A stretch of 64,000 nt of DNA from a bacterium. Its GTDB lineage: Bacteria; Electryoneota; RPQS01. Where the stretch lies: assembly GCA_026394155.1 (NCBI GenBank), contig JAPKYT010000117.1, positions 1,993 to 65,992 on the forward strand, read 5' to 3'. The notes under the pieces were generated by a model. That model did not search any database. It saw only the letters and a list, made by a program, of their open reading frames with translations, and had not been told where the DNA came from. Below, in pieces: positions 1-8,973 of the stretch; within the stretch, counting starts at the first letter, position 1, and each line of letters starts with the position of its first letter. The translations under genes and the position numbers were made by a program.

Positions 1-59
1 CCCGCCATGAGCATCCAGGCCAGAACCGGTTTACGGACGCAGACTTCCGTCAGGTTCAT
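1..59 (-). CDS. Efflux RND transporter permease subunit, N-terminal fragment. The ATG at 59-57 overlaps the adaptor's stop, and the gene continues beyond the window start.
   Basis: Minus-strand translation from 59 reads MNLTEVCVRKPVLAWMLMAG, a typical AcrB-family N-terminus (MNxSxxxIRRPV...). It lies immediately downstream of the membrane-fusion adaptor gene. Confidence 0.5.
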   Translation of the reverse strand, partial: MNLTEVCVRKPVLAWMLMA

Positions 60-1213
60 GGCTTGGCTCCCGGCTTGGCGACCGTGGAGTCTGTTCCGCT
101 ACGGATGATGCGCACGGCGGCGCCCTCAGTCAGGGCCTCGGCGCCGCGCACCACCACGGTTTCGCCGGCGCGGATGCCGCTCTGCACTTCCACGTAACCG
201 TCCTCCGAGCGGAGTCCGAGGGACAGCACGCGCTCGCGCGCCACGCTATCCTCGACCACGTAGGCGAGGAACCCGCGTTCGCTGGGGCGAATGCACAGTA
301 GCGGAATCACGGGAAGCCGTTGAACCTCGCCTACGCGAACGGTGACCTCGGCGAAGGTCCCGGGACGCAGCTCCTGCCGCAGCGGATCAGTGACCTCCGA
401 GATCACATTGACCATGCGGGTGACCGGGTCCGCAAATTCCGTCACGGCGGTGATGAGCGCGTGAAATTCGTGATCCGACTCCCGAACCGTGAACACGACG
501 TCAAGATTCGCGCGCAGCCGCCGGGCATCCTCGTCGGGCACGGTGAAGCGCAGGAGCAACGGATCGCGGCGCACCATGGTGGCGACCACCGTTCCGGCCA
601 GCACATACTGACCGGTGCGCACCGTGCGGCTTTGAATAACGCCGGACACGGGAGCCGGGGCGTAGGCGTCGCGCAGATTGAGGCGGGCCAGAGCCAGATT
701 GGCCGACGCCTGCGCAGAGTCGGCCTGCGCCGACAATGCTCGTGTTTGCCAGTTCTCGAGATCCTCGGTGCTGACGAATCCGGGATTGCGGCCCTCGATG
801 TCCACCCGCCTCGTCAACCCGGACTGCGCCTCGCGCAGCGAGGCTTTCGCTTTTTCGAGCGCGGCATCGGCCGACTGGAGGGCCAGCCGGTAGCGCTCGG
901 GTTCGATCTCGATGAGCTGGGCGCCGGCTTTGACCGTTTCCCCTTCGCGGAAATGAACGCCCTGCACCACGCCCGGCACGCGAGCGGTGACCTGCACGAT
1001 TTCGAAGGCCTCCACCGAGCCAACGGCGTGCACCACCAAGTCCGCCTCGCGCGTGGAAACCGGCGCGACCTCCACCGGGAACTTGATTCCACCCCGGCGG
1101 GGCGCGGCCGAAGTGTCTTTCTTCGAGCAGCCGGCGGCGGCAACGGCCAGCATCGCGGTTAGAAGAAGCAGCCGGAAGAGTAGGCGTGTGATCTGTTGAG
1201 GGTTCATGGACAT
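56..1213 (-). CDS. Efflux RND transporter periplasmic adaptor subunit (membrane fusion protein, HlyD family); lipoprotein.
   Basis: The 403-aa ORF 56..1267 carries a lipoprotein signal (LLLLTAMLAVAAAGCS) shortly after the internal Met at 1213 (MSMNPQQ). It then shows membrane-fusion-protein-like coiled-coil and beta-barrel regions (VSGVIQSRTVRTGQYV, RVNVISEVTDP). Start chosen at 1213; 1207 is equally possible. Confidence 0.8.
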   Translation of the reverse strand: MSMNPQQITRLLFRLLLLTAMLAVAAAGCSKKDTSAAPRRGGIKFPVEVAPVSTREADLVVHAVGSVEAFEIVQVTARVPGVVQGVHFREGETVKAGAQLIEIEPERYRLALQSADAALEKAKASLREAQSGLTRRVDIEGRNPGFVSTEDLENWQTRALSAQADSAQASANLALARLNLRDAYAPAPVSGVIQSRTVRTGQYVLAGTVVATMVRRDPLLLRFTVPDEDARRLRANLDVVFTVRESDHEFHALITAVTEFADPVTRMVNVISEVTDPLRQELRPGTFAEVTVRVGEVQRLPVIPLLCIRPSERGFLAYVVEDSVARERVLSLGLRSEDGYVEVQSGIRAGETVVVRGAEALTEGAAVRIIRSGTDSTVAKPGAKP

Positions 1214-1479
1214 TGAATGGTGAAGCTGAAACAAAAGTTCCTGTCCGCGCGAGGCCATTTCGCGCACTTAAAGGTACGGCAGCACGCGGAATTTTTCAAG
1301 GCGGCCCGCGCCTCTGGCGTGCGAAGGCGCAGGACGCCTCCCGCAGGTGAACGCGTTGGTGCAGCAACCGCTTGAGTAGAATGGTCTTTCCCTATCCGCC
1401 GAGACCCGCAGGAGAAGGACGTCGGCATGGCGCGCTCACCAGATGCAAGTGTTCTGGCGGGAGAGATTCCAGAGGAGGA

Positions 1480-2016
1480 TCAAGAGGAAGGCGGGATCGG
1501 GCTGACCGGGAGGGCGAATTCGAAGACGGCTCCTTGACCTTCCGTCGAGCGCACGCGCACGGTTCCACCGTGAGCTTCGACAAAAGATCGCACCATCGCC
1601 AGCCCGAGGCCGGTGCCCTTTCCTTCGGGCTTGGTGGTGAAGTACGGCTGGAAAATGCGGTCCTGGAGGTGGCGCGGAATGCCGGGGCCGGTGTCTTCCA
1701 CGAAACCGACAACGGCACTCTGTTCCGAATCGTAGCGCGTGCCCACCGTGAGGCAGCCTCTTCCCTGCGGCTGCATGACGTCGGCGGCGTTCAGAATGAG
1801 ATTCATGAAGACCTGCAACAACAAGGCCGGGTCGGCGGACACCACCGGCAACTGCGACCGATCATCTGCGCGGAGCGCGCAATTTTCTCTCCCGACAGGG
1901 ATGCATTCTGCTGCATGGCGTGTTGGATGAGCTGCGCCTGTCCGAGCAGCGGCGAGAGCGCATTGTTGATCTCGTGGGCCACACCGCCGGCCAAATCCGC
2001 GGCCACCGCCCGGCAT
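1480..2016 (-). CDS. Sensor histidine kinase C-terminal ATPase (HATPase_c) fragment. It is out of frame with the upstream sensor/HisKA ORF.
   Basis: N-box LLLQVFMNLILNAADV, G1 box VEDTGPGIP and G2 box GKGTGLGLAMV are present. The ORF overlaps the 3' end of ORF 1803..3713 in another frame. Confidence 0.6.
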   Translation of the reverse strand: MPGGGRGFGRRCGPRDQQCALAAARTGAAHPTRHAAECIPVGRENCALRADDRSQLPVVSADPALLLQVFMNLILNAADVMQPQGRGCLTVGTRYDSEQSAVVGFVEDTGPGIPRHLQDRIFQPYFTTKPEGKGTGLGLAMVRSFVEAHGGTVRVRSTEGQGAVFEFALPVSPIPPSS

Positions 2017-3713
2017 TCTTGCGTGAGAATGGCCTGATGCAGTTCGTAATTCGCCAGCGCGGTACCGGCCAGAGAGGAGAGTGTGGCCAGGAGCCGCAGG
2101 TCGCGGGCGCTGTAGGGTGCGTTGCTGGATTTCCGCCCTAACAGCAGCCAGCCCGCAACCCGGTCGGCGAAGGCGAGCGGCACGATCACTTCATAGCCCA
2201 GCGAGGAGAGCCTGTCCTCCGGCCCAAGCGCGCGCGGCTCCAAGGCGGCAGTGGTTTCCAAGTCGCCGGAGTGCCATGCCGACGGCATTAGTGGAGCCGC
2301 CTGCGGAGGCGCAACCCACGCTCTACTTGCGTCGTGGATCAGCAGCGTGGCTCTCTCAAGGTGCAAGAGCGCCGGCAGCTCCGCCGTGAGAATGCGCACG
2401 ATATCGGTCTCAAACGCCGAACCGGAAAGCCGCCGCGAGAGGTTGCGGAGAGAGCGCTCGAAGTCGAACCAGTCACCATAATAGAGGTGATCCACCAGCC
2501 AGCGCACACGATCCACCAAGGCCGTAGCCGCGAGCAGCGCCAGAAAACCTGCGGCCAGACTGAGCACCACCAAAGAGACCGGGTCGCCATGCTTGAGGAA
2601 TCCTACGCCGACAGCAGTCATGACCGTGACCACACACATCAGAAGCACCGCCGTAATGGCATAGATGATGGTGCGCGACAACGTCCACTCTACTTTCAGC
2701 ATGCGGAAGGAAGTCACGGCCATCCCCCAGCCAATGGGCGCAATAAGCATGGCGGCCATGGCCGCCCCGACAGGCAGCAGCGGCGACCCGCCGAAAACCA
2801 CCGGCAGCTTGTAGAGGAAAATGAAAGGGCCGACACCCAGCAAGGTGCACTGCAGAAGCCAGCGGTTGCGCGTCTTCTCCGCGGTTCCCGCCGGGCGCAC
2901 CGCCATCCACGCCATCCACGTCACCGCCACCGCGACGTACACGACAAGGAGCGCCCCGAATCCCTCAAAAAAACCCTCGCTGAAAAGGGTGATCCAGAAA
3001 CGGCTGTGGGTGGCGCGGGCCATCACGTACGCAAAGGTCAACACCGCCCAGAGGAGAACGACCGGCACGCGCCAAGTCAGCGGCACGAAGCGGAGCGGCC
3101 GGTGGATAGCACGCGTCAGCCGCCACAGGAAATCGAGAAAGGCGGCGGGCACGAGCACATAGCTGCCCAGCCACACGAGAAGATAGGCGTCAGCCGCCAG
3201 CGGCGGCGTGAGAACGTTCTGTCCGTGATAGAGCAGAATGGAGATGCCCAGCGTCACGTTCAGGCGGAGAAAGGCGCGCACCGCCGCATTTTTCGGCGCG
3301 CGCCACCAGACAAAAAGACCCAGGACGATGAAGGCCAAGCCGACGATCTGATTGAGGAAAACCGTGCCCAGCGGAATGCGCGCCACCGTCTTCACGGGCG
3401 TCATCAGGATGGAGTCGGCCCGTCGCAATGTCAGGCTCAGCGTCTGTGCCGGTCTGACAAAAAGAGTCAGCCACCAGAGTTCGGCCGTGCCGGAGACCGC
3501 GTCAGGGCCGATTCGCACCAGCACATCTCCAGCCTGCACATCACCGGCTTCCGTCGCGAATCTCGGGTCAACAGCGGCCACGGTCACACCGGCGTGACGC
3601 TGCTCCCATCGAACGGGCAGATCGCGCCACCGCAGCAGATTCCAGGTGCCCGCCGCCAAAGCCGCCGCGGCGAGCGCGATCAGCCCCATGCGTGTGGCCC
3701 ACGGCTTGGACAC
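1803..3713 (-). CDS. Sensor histidine kinase N-terminal part: multi-TM sensor, GAF-like region and HisKA H-box. It is probably disrupted, see finding.
   Basis: About 10 predicted TM helices are followed by the H-box AGGVAHEINNALSPLLGQAQLI. The tail (RSCRWCPPTRPCCCRSS) is nonsense and consistent with a frameshift. Only about 33 codons separate the H-box from the N-box found in the other frame. Confidence 0.6.
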   Translation of the reverse strand: MSKPWATRMGLIALAAAALAAGTWNLLRWRDLPVRWEQRHAGVTVAAVDPRFATEAGDVQAGDVLVRIGPDAVSGTAELWWLTLFVRPAQTLSLTLRRADSILMTPVKTVARIPLGTVFLNQIVGLAFIVLGLFVWWRAPKNAAVRAFLRLNVTLGISILLYHGQNVLTPPLAADAYLLVWLGSYVLVPAAFLDFLWRLTRAIHRPLRFVPLTWRVPVVLLWAVLTFAYVMARATHSRFWITLFSEGFFEGFGALLVVYVAVAVTWMAWMAVRPAGTAEKTRNRWLLQCTLLGVGPFIFLYKLPVVFGGSPLLPVGAAMAAMLIAPIGWGMAVTSFRMLKVEWTLSRTIIYAITAVLLMCVVTVMTAVGVGFLKHGDPVSLVVLSLAAGFLALLAATALVDRVRWLVDHLYYGDWFDFERSLRNLSRRLSGSAFETDIVRILTAELPALLHLERATLLIHDASRAWVAPPQAAPLMPSAWHSGDLETTAALEPRALGPEDRLSSLGYEVIVPLAFADRVAGWLLLGRKSSNAPYSARDLRLLATLSSLAGTALANYELHQAILTQECRAVAADLAGGVAHEINNALSPLLGQAQLIQHAMQQNASLSGEKIARSAQMIGRSCRWCPPTRPCCCRSS

Positions 3714-3715
3714 CG

Positions 3716-5065
3716 CTATTTCCTTCCTTCGAACTCCGCCAAAATGCGGTTCAGGTGGGTGCGCTCAATGCCCAGCCGTTTGGCGGCCTCGGTCTGGTTG
3801 CCGGCGCAGCGGGCGAGCACGCCGAGAATATGCTCCTTGCGGAAAGAATCCACGGCGCTGCGCAGGTCCTCGCCTCTGTCGGTCTCCGCCGCGGGCGACG
3901 GAGGAAACGCAAACCACAGCGAACGCGGGATGCGCGCGCCGTCGGAGAGCAGCGCGGCGCGTTCCACGTGCTGCAGGCATTCGCGCACGTTTCCGGGCCA
4001 ACCATAGCTCCGCAGAGCCACCAGAATCTCCTCGTCGGCAGGCTCAAAATCGCGGCCGTACTTGCGGCGGCAGCGTTCCAGAGCAAGCGATACGTACAAG
4101 GGGATGTCCTCCGCTCGCTCGCGCAGGGGCGGCAGGCGCAGACGAAATCCGGCCAGGCGGAAGAAGAGATCGCGGCGAAACGATCCTCTTTGCATTTCCG
4201 CGTCCAGGCGGCGATTGGTGGCCGCAATGACCCGTCCTTCAAAGGTGAGCGGCCGCAGCCCGCCGACGCGTTCGTAAACGCGGTCTTCCACGGCCAGCAG
4301 CAGTTTGGCCTGACAATTGACGGGCAGCTCGCCGATTTCGTCGAGGAACAGGCTGCCTTTCCCCACCAATTCAAGCTTTCCCGGCTTGCGGCTCGACGCG
4401 CCGGTGAACGCGCCTTTTTCATGGCCGAAGAGTTCCGACTCGAAGAGCGTTTCGGTGATGGCGGCGCAGTTCACGGTGACAAACGGCTCGGCAACTTGCG
4501 GCGAGCGCGCGTGAATGAACCGCGCCAACACCTGTTTGCCGGTTCCCGTCTCGCCCTCGAGCAGGACCGGCTTGTCGCTGGTGGCGATCTTGGCGGCCTC
4601 GGCGAGCAACGACTTGACGACCGGACTTTCGCCGAGAAACTTCACCGGATCGCCTTGCGTGAGCGTGCGCAGGCGCACATTCTCCGCTTGCAGCCTGAGC
4701 GCGGTCACCGTACGCTGCAACACGGCCTGCAGCAGATCCATGTCAATGGGCTTGACGAGAAAATCCACGGCCCCCAACTTCATGGCCTCCACCGCCAGCG
4801 GAATGGTGGCCGAGCCGGAGATCATAATCACCGGCAGGTGCGGATGACGCTGTTTCCATTCCCGCAGCAGCTCGACACCGACGGTATCGGGCAGGGCGAG
4901 ATCGAGAAGCACCAGCGCGTACTCGGTTGTCTCGAGCATGCGGAGCGCGCCGGCGCCGGTGTACGCGGCATCGGCCTCGAATCCCAGAGCGCTTAGCTGC
5001 TGGGTGAGAGTTTGAGCGAGTTGGCGGTCATCGTCAACCACCAGAACCTGAAGAGCCATGCGCAT
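3716..5065 (-). CDS. Sigma-54-dependent Fis-family response regulator (NtrC-like: REC + AAA+ + HTH).
   Basis: REC domain (VLVVDDD ... LLDLALPD). AAA+ Walker A (GETGTGKQ), GAFTGA sigma-54 contact motif, Walker B (LFLDEIGEL). C-terminal Fis-type HTH (NQTEAAKRLGIERTHLNR). Confidence 0.9.
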   Translation of the reverse strand: MRMALQVLVVDDDRQLAQTLTQQLSALGFEADAAYTGAGALRMLETTEYALVLLDLALPDTVGVELLREWKQRHPHLPVIMISGSATIPLAVEAMKLGAVDFLVKPIDMDLLQAVLQRTVTALRLQAENVRLRTLTQGDPVKFLGESPVVKSLLAEAAKIATSDKPVLLEGETGTGKQVLARFIHARSPQVAEPFVTVNCAAITETLFESELFGHEKGAFTGASSRKPGKLELVGKGSLFLDEIGELPVNCQAKLLLAVEDRVYERVGGLRPLTFEGRVIAATNRRLDAEMQRGSFRRDLFFRLAGFRLRLPPLRERAEDIPLYVSLALERCRRKYGRDFEPADEEILVALRSYGWPGNVRECLQHVERAALLSDGARIPRSLWFAFPPSPAAETDRGEDLRSAVDSFRKEHILGVLARCAGNQTEAAKRLGIERTHLNRILAEFEGRK

Positions 5066-5184
5066 CCTCCCGACTGGCGGGTTTCACGCGGAACCGGTTG
5101 GGGTCTCTGTCACGTCCGCAATGTACGTTCCTGCCGAGAAAAAAGCAAGAAGGGGCGTGGGCCTCCCTGCCGGCAATCGCAGGT

Positions 5185-8100
5185 CTACCGGATCAAGACG
5201 GCCTTCATCACCGCGTGGAATCCGTCCGACTGCATCACCACCCAGTAGAGACCGCTGCTGCATGAAGAGCAGTCCCAGAGCACGGAGTGATGCCCCGCCG
5301 CTACCGTTGCATCCACAAGATCCGTTACGTGCCGGCCCAGTACGTCGAACACCGCCACCCGGACGCGAGAAGAATGCGGCACATCGAATTGAACAACGGT
5401 TGAGGGGTTGAAGGGATTCGGGCGGCAAGGATCGAGCGCGAACTCGTGGGGCATACCGCCGCGAGTTTCGGCGGCGTTGGCGGGCACATGAACGCTGACG
5501 GAGTCGGACGGCTGGCTTTCGCCGCCGTCATAGCCCGCCGTCACCCGATAAACGTAGTCACCGTCGGGGACCGAGACATCCGCAAAAAAAGTGTCTGACA
5601 AGCTGGTGATACGCGCGCCGTCACGCCATACGGAATAGTCGCGAAGAGCATCGAGATGAACTCGCGGAGCGCTCTCGGCCGGCGGACGCCAGTGCAGTTC
5701 CACGTCATGATCGGTGACCGACGCCGTCAGATCGCGCGGGGGATCGAGCCGCCAGATCGCGAAGCTGATGGTGGACACGCCGCCAGCCGAGATCACGGCT
5801 TGCAAAGTGTCGCGTTCGTATCCCGCCAGCGCCAGCCGCGGATGACAGGTGCCAGCGAGGAGCGAGTCCACAAGGAAATGTCCGCCGGCAGAAGGGTGAA
5901 TCACGCGGCCGCCGACCCACAGTTCTGCAACCGACAGGTCGGCCAGCGGAGGATGGGCCGTGATCTGACCGCTGAGCGAGCCGTATTGCGGCTGCGCCCA
6001 CGTCGAAAAACGTATGGCGGCGCCCGGACCGATTTGCCACGAGGCCGCATGATAGGCCCCATTATAGAGGAGCTGCAGGCCCACCGTTTCGGACGGATTC
6101 TCGATGCCCACCGTGCATAGTTCCGGGATGTCCACGCGACGATAGAAAAACACCACTTCGCAATCGCCGGTCGGCGTGGGACGCGCTTCGGTGGAGATGA
6201 TGTGCACTTGAAAATCCACGCCCATCGGGCCGGACGGCGCGAATTCGAGGTTGTGGTATTCGACGATCAGGCGGCCGCCCGCACTGTCATGCCAGTAACA
6301 CAGTTCGGCGGTCGCAGGATAAATGAGGTTGTCCCACAAGGGGGCCAGCATGCCGGACGGTCCGGAGGCGACGGGAATCGGAAAGTTGAAAAAGGTGTGA
6401 TCGTGGGAGATTCCGGGCGTGAGCCAGCCGTTCTCGTTGATAGTCAGGCTGTCGAAGGTCTGCCCGTAGTATCGGAACGGGAAAGGCATGGCAATGAAGG
6501 CGGAAGAATCGCGCGCCGGCAGCGACAAGCGGGTCCCGGGCCCGCCCAGAGAGGGCGCGATTTCGACCCAGTCCCAGCGAGTTGCATAGATCGAATCATA
6601 GCGGTCGAAACTGCGATAGCCGTAGCCGTCCGGCCCGCACGAGCCGATGCGCGGCGAGTGCAGCCGCAGGGTGAGCGACGCGGTCTGCCCGGTGGCGATG
6701 GGCACGAGCGTGTCAAGCCCCGCGTCATGATATGCCGCCTGTAAAGTGTAGGTCGTATCGCCCGGCACTTGTATGGAGAAACGGCCCGCGGAGTCCGTGT
6801 AGAAAGGCGCGACCGGCGTGTTCGGCAGGCTGATGGTCGCGTGTTCCACCGGAACCGAAACGCCCGTCAGAATCCAGCCCGAAATCGTGCCGGTCGGCGC
6901 GCTCGCGAGAGCGACATTGTGAAACGTCGTGTCGCCCACGGTGACCGTAACCGGCCAGATGATCGGCACGAAGCTGAAGGCGCTGAACTCCAAGTGCCAG
7001 AGCGAATCGGCGGGCAGCGTCAGAAAATACCGTCCTTGCCAGTTGCCGCGGATCGAGCGATCCAGTTCGACGATCCGCACATTGGCACCGGCGATGGGAT
7101 TTCCGGTCGCCTGCTCGCTGACGATGCCGGTCACGTATCCGCGGTTGGCCAGAAGCATTTGCACCGCCGCGAACGCATCCACCACGCCAAAACCGAAAGT
7201 GTTGTCGTTGCCGGCGTCGCCTTGGTCAACCGCCGAGCGCATGAGAACGGATTTTATTTCACGAACGTCCGCATCCGGGCTGGCCTCGCGCATGAGTGCC
7301 ACGATTCCGGCCACGTGCGGCGCGGCCATGGAGGTGCCGCTGAGAATGAAGTAGGTTCCGCCCGGCCCGCAGGAATAGACGTCCACTCCGGGAGCGCAGA
7401 CCTCCGGCTTGACGGCCGTGCCGGGAGGGCAACTGCTGGGTCCGCGGCTGGAGAAACTGGCGATATTGTACGGCGGAAGCGTGTCGTTGGTGGCGTCCAC
7501 CGCGCCCACGGCGAAGTTGGTAACGGAGTCGAGAGCGACGGTGGCCGGACTGCCCAGACCACTCGAACCCGAATTGCCCGCGGAGAAAAGCACCACGACT
7601 CCAGCCGCTTCGCAATTGATGATGACGTCATTCCAGAGGTTGAAGCACCACGTATAGGGCCCCACTGAAGGCGACACACCCCATGAATTGGAGACCACGT
7701 CGGGCACATCCTCGACGGTCTGGGGATTCTCGTCGGGATCAGCGAACCATTGGAAGGCGCGCAGCACGTCATTGTCGAGTTCGCTGCCGCCCGGCTGGTT
7801 AATGGCGTTGCAGGCAATCCACTGCGCGCCGGGGGCCACTCCGACCGAGTCGTTCGAGATTGTGGAGTTTCCGCAAATCGTCCCCATGGTGTGCGTGCCG
7901 TGACCATGCCCGTCGGTGGGCGTCACCGACGTTGTGAGCAGATCGAGCCAGCACTGCTCGCGGGGAGCGCTGAGTCCCCGCCAGCGCGCGGCCAGAGCGG
8001 GATGTCCGCCGTCCACACCCGTGTCCAGATTGGCGACCAGCCGGCCCGCGCCGGTGATGCCCAACTCGCGCCACACGCGGGGAGCATTGATGGCCCGCAC

Positions 8101-8604
8101 GCCGCGCGGTATGCCGTGGTTGAGATCGAGCGTGGATCGTTGGCGAATCTCCCGCGGCTGAACCGGCTCGATAAGCACCGGCTTGATGTCCACGTCCATG
8201 TACTGAACGTCGTCGTTCCGGCTCAGTTCAGACAGAAACGACGGCTGAGCCTGCACGACAAAGGCATTCACGATCCAATAGAAGCGGTATCCGCTCAGCC
8301 GCTTCGTGGTCGCGGCTTGGTCGAGATAATCCCGCAGGCGGGTCTGACTGCGCTCGGAGATCGCGCGGAGACTCTCGACGACAACGCGATGCCGGTGCGC
8401 CCGCGTGGCGCGGCTTTTACGAAGCTGCTGATCCAGAGCGGCGATATTCGCTTGTTCCTGAAAAAAAATAACGGCGGTGACGGATGCGTCCGCGGCACTG
8501 GCTTGGAGGCGCGCTTCCAAGCCCGGACTGAGTTTGTTCGTCCCGGCGGCGGCATCATGACAGCCGACCAGCAATGCCAAGGAAATCAAAGCAAGCACGA
8601 TCAT
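5185..8604 (-). CDS. S8 family subtilisin-like serine peptidase with CarboxypepD_reg-like and FN3-like modules and a T9SS C-terminal sorting domain; N-terminal lipobox.
   Basis: Catalytic triad motifs DTGVDGGHP, HGHGTHTMGT and GTSMAAPHVAGIVALM. C-terminus FALDPCRPNPFNPSTVVQFDVP...SGLYWVVMQ...AVLIR matches the Por/T9SS CTD. Signal peptide ends in the lipobox-like LLVGC. Confidence 0.85.
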   Translation of the reverse strand: MIVLALISLALLVGCHDAAAGTNKLSPGLEARLQASAADASVTAVIFFQEQANIAALDQQLRKSRATRAHRHRVVVESLRAISERSQTRLRDYLDQAATTKRLSGYRFYWIVNAFVVQAQPSFLSELSRNDDVQYMDVDIKPVLIEPVQPREIRQRSTLDLNHGIPRGVRAINAPRVWRELGITGAGRLVANLDTGVDGGHPALAARWRGLSAPREQCWLDLLTTSVTPTDGHGHGTHTMGTICGNSTISNDSVGVAPGAQWIACNAINQPGGSELDNDVLRAFQWFADPDENPQTVEDVPDVVSNSWGVSPSVGPYTWCFNLWNDVIINCEAAGVVVLFSAGNSGSSGLGSPATVALDSVTNFAVGAVDATNDTLPPYNIASFSSRGPSSCPPGTAVKPEVCAPGVDVYSCGPGGTYFILSGTSMAAPHVAGIVALMREASPDADVREIKSVLMRSAVDQGDAGNDNTFGFGVVDAFAAVQMLLANRGYVTGIVSEQATGNPIAGANVRIVELDRSIRGNWQGRYFLTLPADSLWHLEFSAFSFVPIIWPVTVTVGDTTFHNVALASAPTGTISGWILTGVSVPVEHATISLPNTPVAPFYTDSAGRFSIQVPGDTTYTLQAAYHDAGLDTLVPIATGQTASLTLRLHSPRIGSCGPDGYGYRSFDRYDSIYATRWDWVEIAPSLGGPGTRLSLPARDSSAFIAMPFPFRYYGQTFDSLTINENGWLTPGISHDHTFFNFPIPVASGPSGMLAPLWDNLIYPATAELCYWHDSAGGRLIVEYHNLEFAPSGPMGVDFQVHIISTEARPTPTGDCEVVFFYRRVDIPELCTVGIENPSETVGLQLLYNGAYHAASWQIGPGAAIRFSTWAQPQYGSLSGQITAHPPLADLSVAELWVGGRVIHPSAGGHFLVDSLLAGTCHPRLALAGYERDTLQAVISAGGVSTISFAIWRLDPPRDLTASVTDHDVELHWRPPAESAPRVHLDALRDYSVWRDGARITSLSDTFFADVSVPDGDYVYRVTAGYDGGESQPSDSVSVHVPANAAETRGGMPHEFALDPCRPNPFNPSTVVQFDVPHSSRVRVAVFDVLGRHVTDLVDATVAAGHHSVLWDCSSCSSGLYWVVMQSDGFHAVMKAVLIR

Positions 8605-8973
8605 TGCTGCACTCCTTTGCGGAAGGTTGACTACCCGTGGGGAAGTCCGGCGCGACTGAACTCAACGCACTGTCGCAGCGTTCGACCTCAAAGTTAAGTA
8701 TAGTCAATGTCCGGCAGGAACGCAACAACGCAACACTGACCCACGATTCCCCGTCCAAGTTTGTGGGGCGAAGAGCTTACCTGTTGTTTTCTTGATAGGT
8801 CAAGACGCACAGGCAACGGTTCTCAACGGACACGACGACGGCCGAGAATCTTGAGAGACTGAACAACAATCCTTGCTATCGGGACACGTAGTGACTATAT
8901 TAAATAGCTGTGATTTTGTCTTCGCGACAAGCGGACTATTTGCATCGGCAATAAGCCATTAAGAGAGGCAGCC

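Noticed and set aside
1340-1370. GG-N10-GC sigma-54-like element (tGGtgcagcaaccGCttg) near 1348-1366
   Set aside because: It is on the plus strand pointing into the antisense of the histidine-kinase gene, with poor -24/-12 hexamers; probably coincidental. No convincing sigma-54 promoter was found upstream of the minus-strand efflux genes.
6769-8697. Long plus-strand ORFs (6769..7668, 7750..8697 and others) inside the S8 peptidase gene
   Set aside because: They are antisense to a gene with clear catalytic motifs, Arg/Gly/His-rich and low-complexity; these are typical spurious ORFs of high-GC DNA.
8605-8973. Possible RNase P RNA, suggested by a GGAAGTCCGG-like string near 8641
   Set aside because: Only a partial resemblance to the conserved GNAANNUC/GGGCUCC P4 elements; no matching helices. 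The region is the divergent promoter region between the S8 and beta-helix genes.
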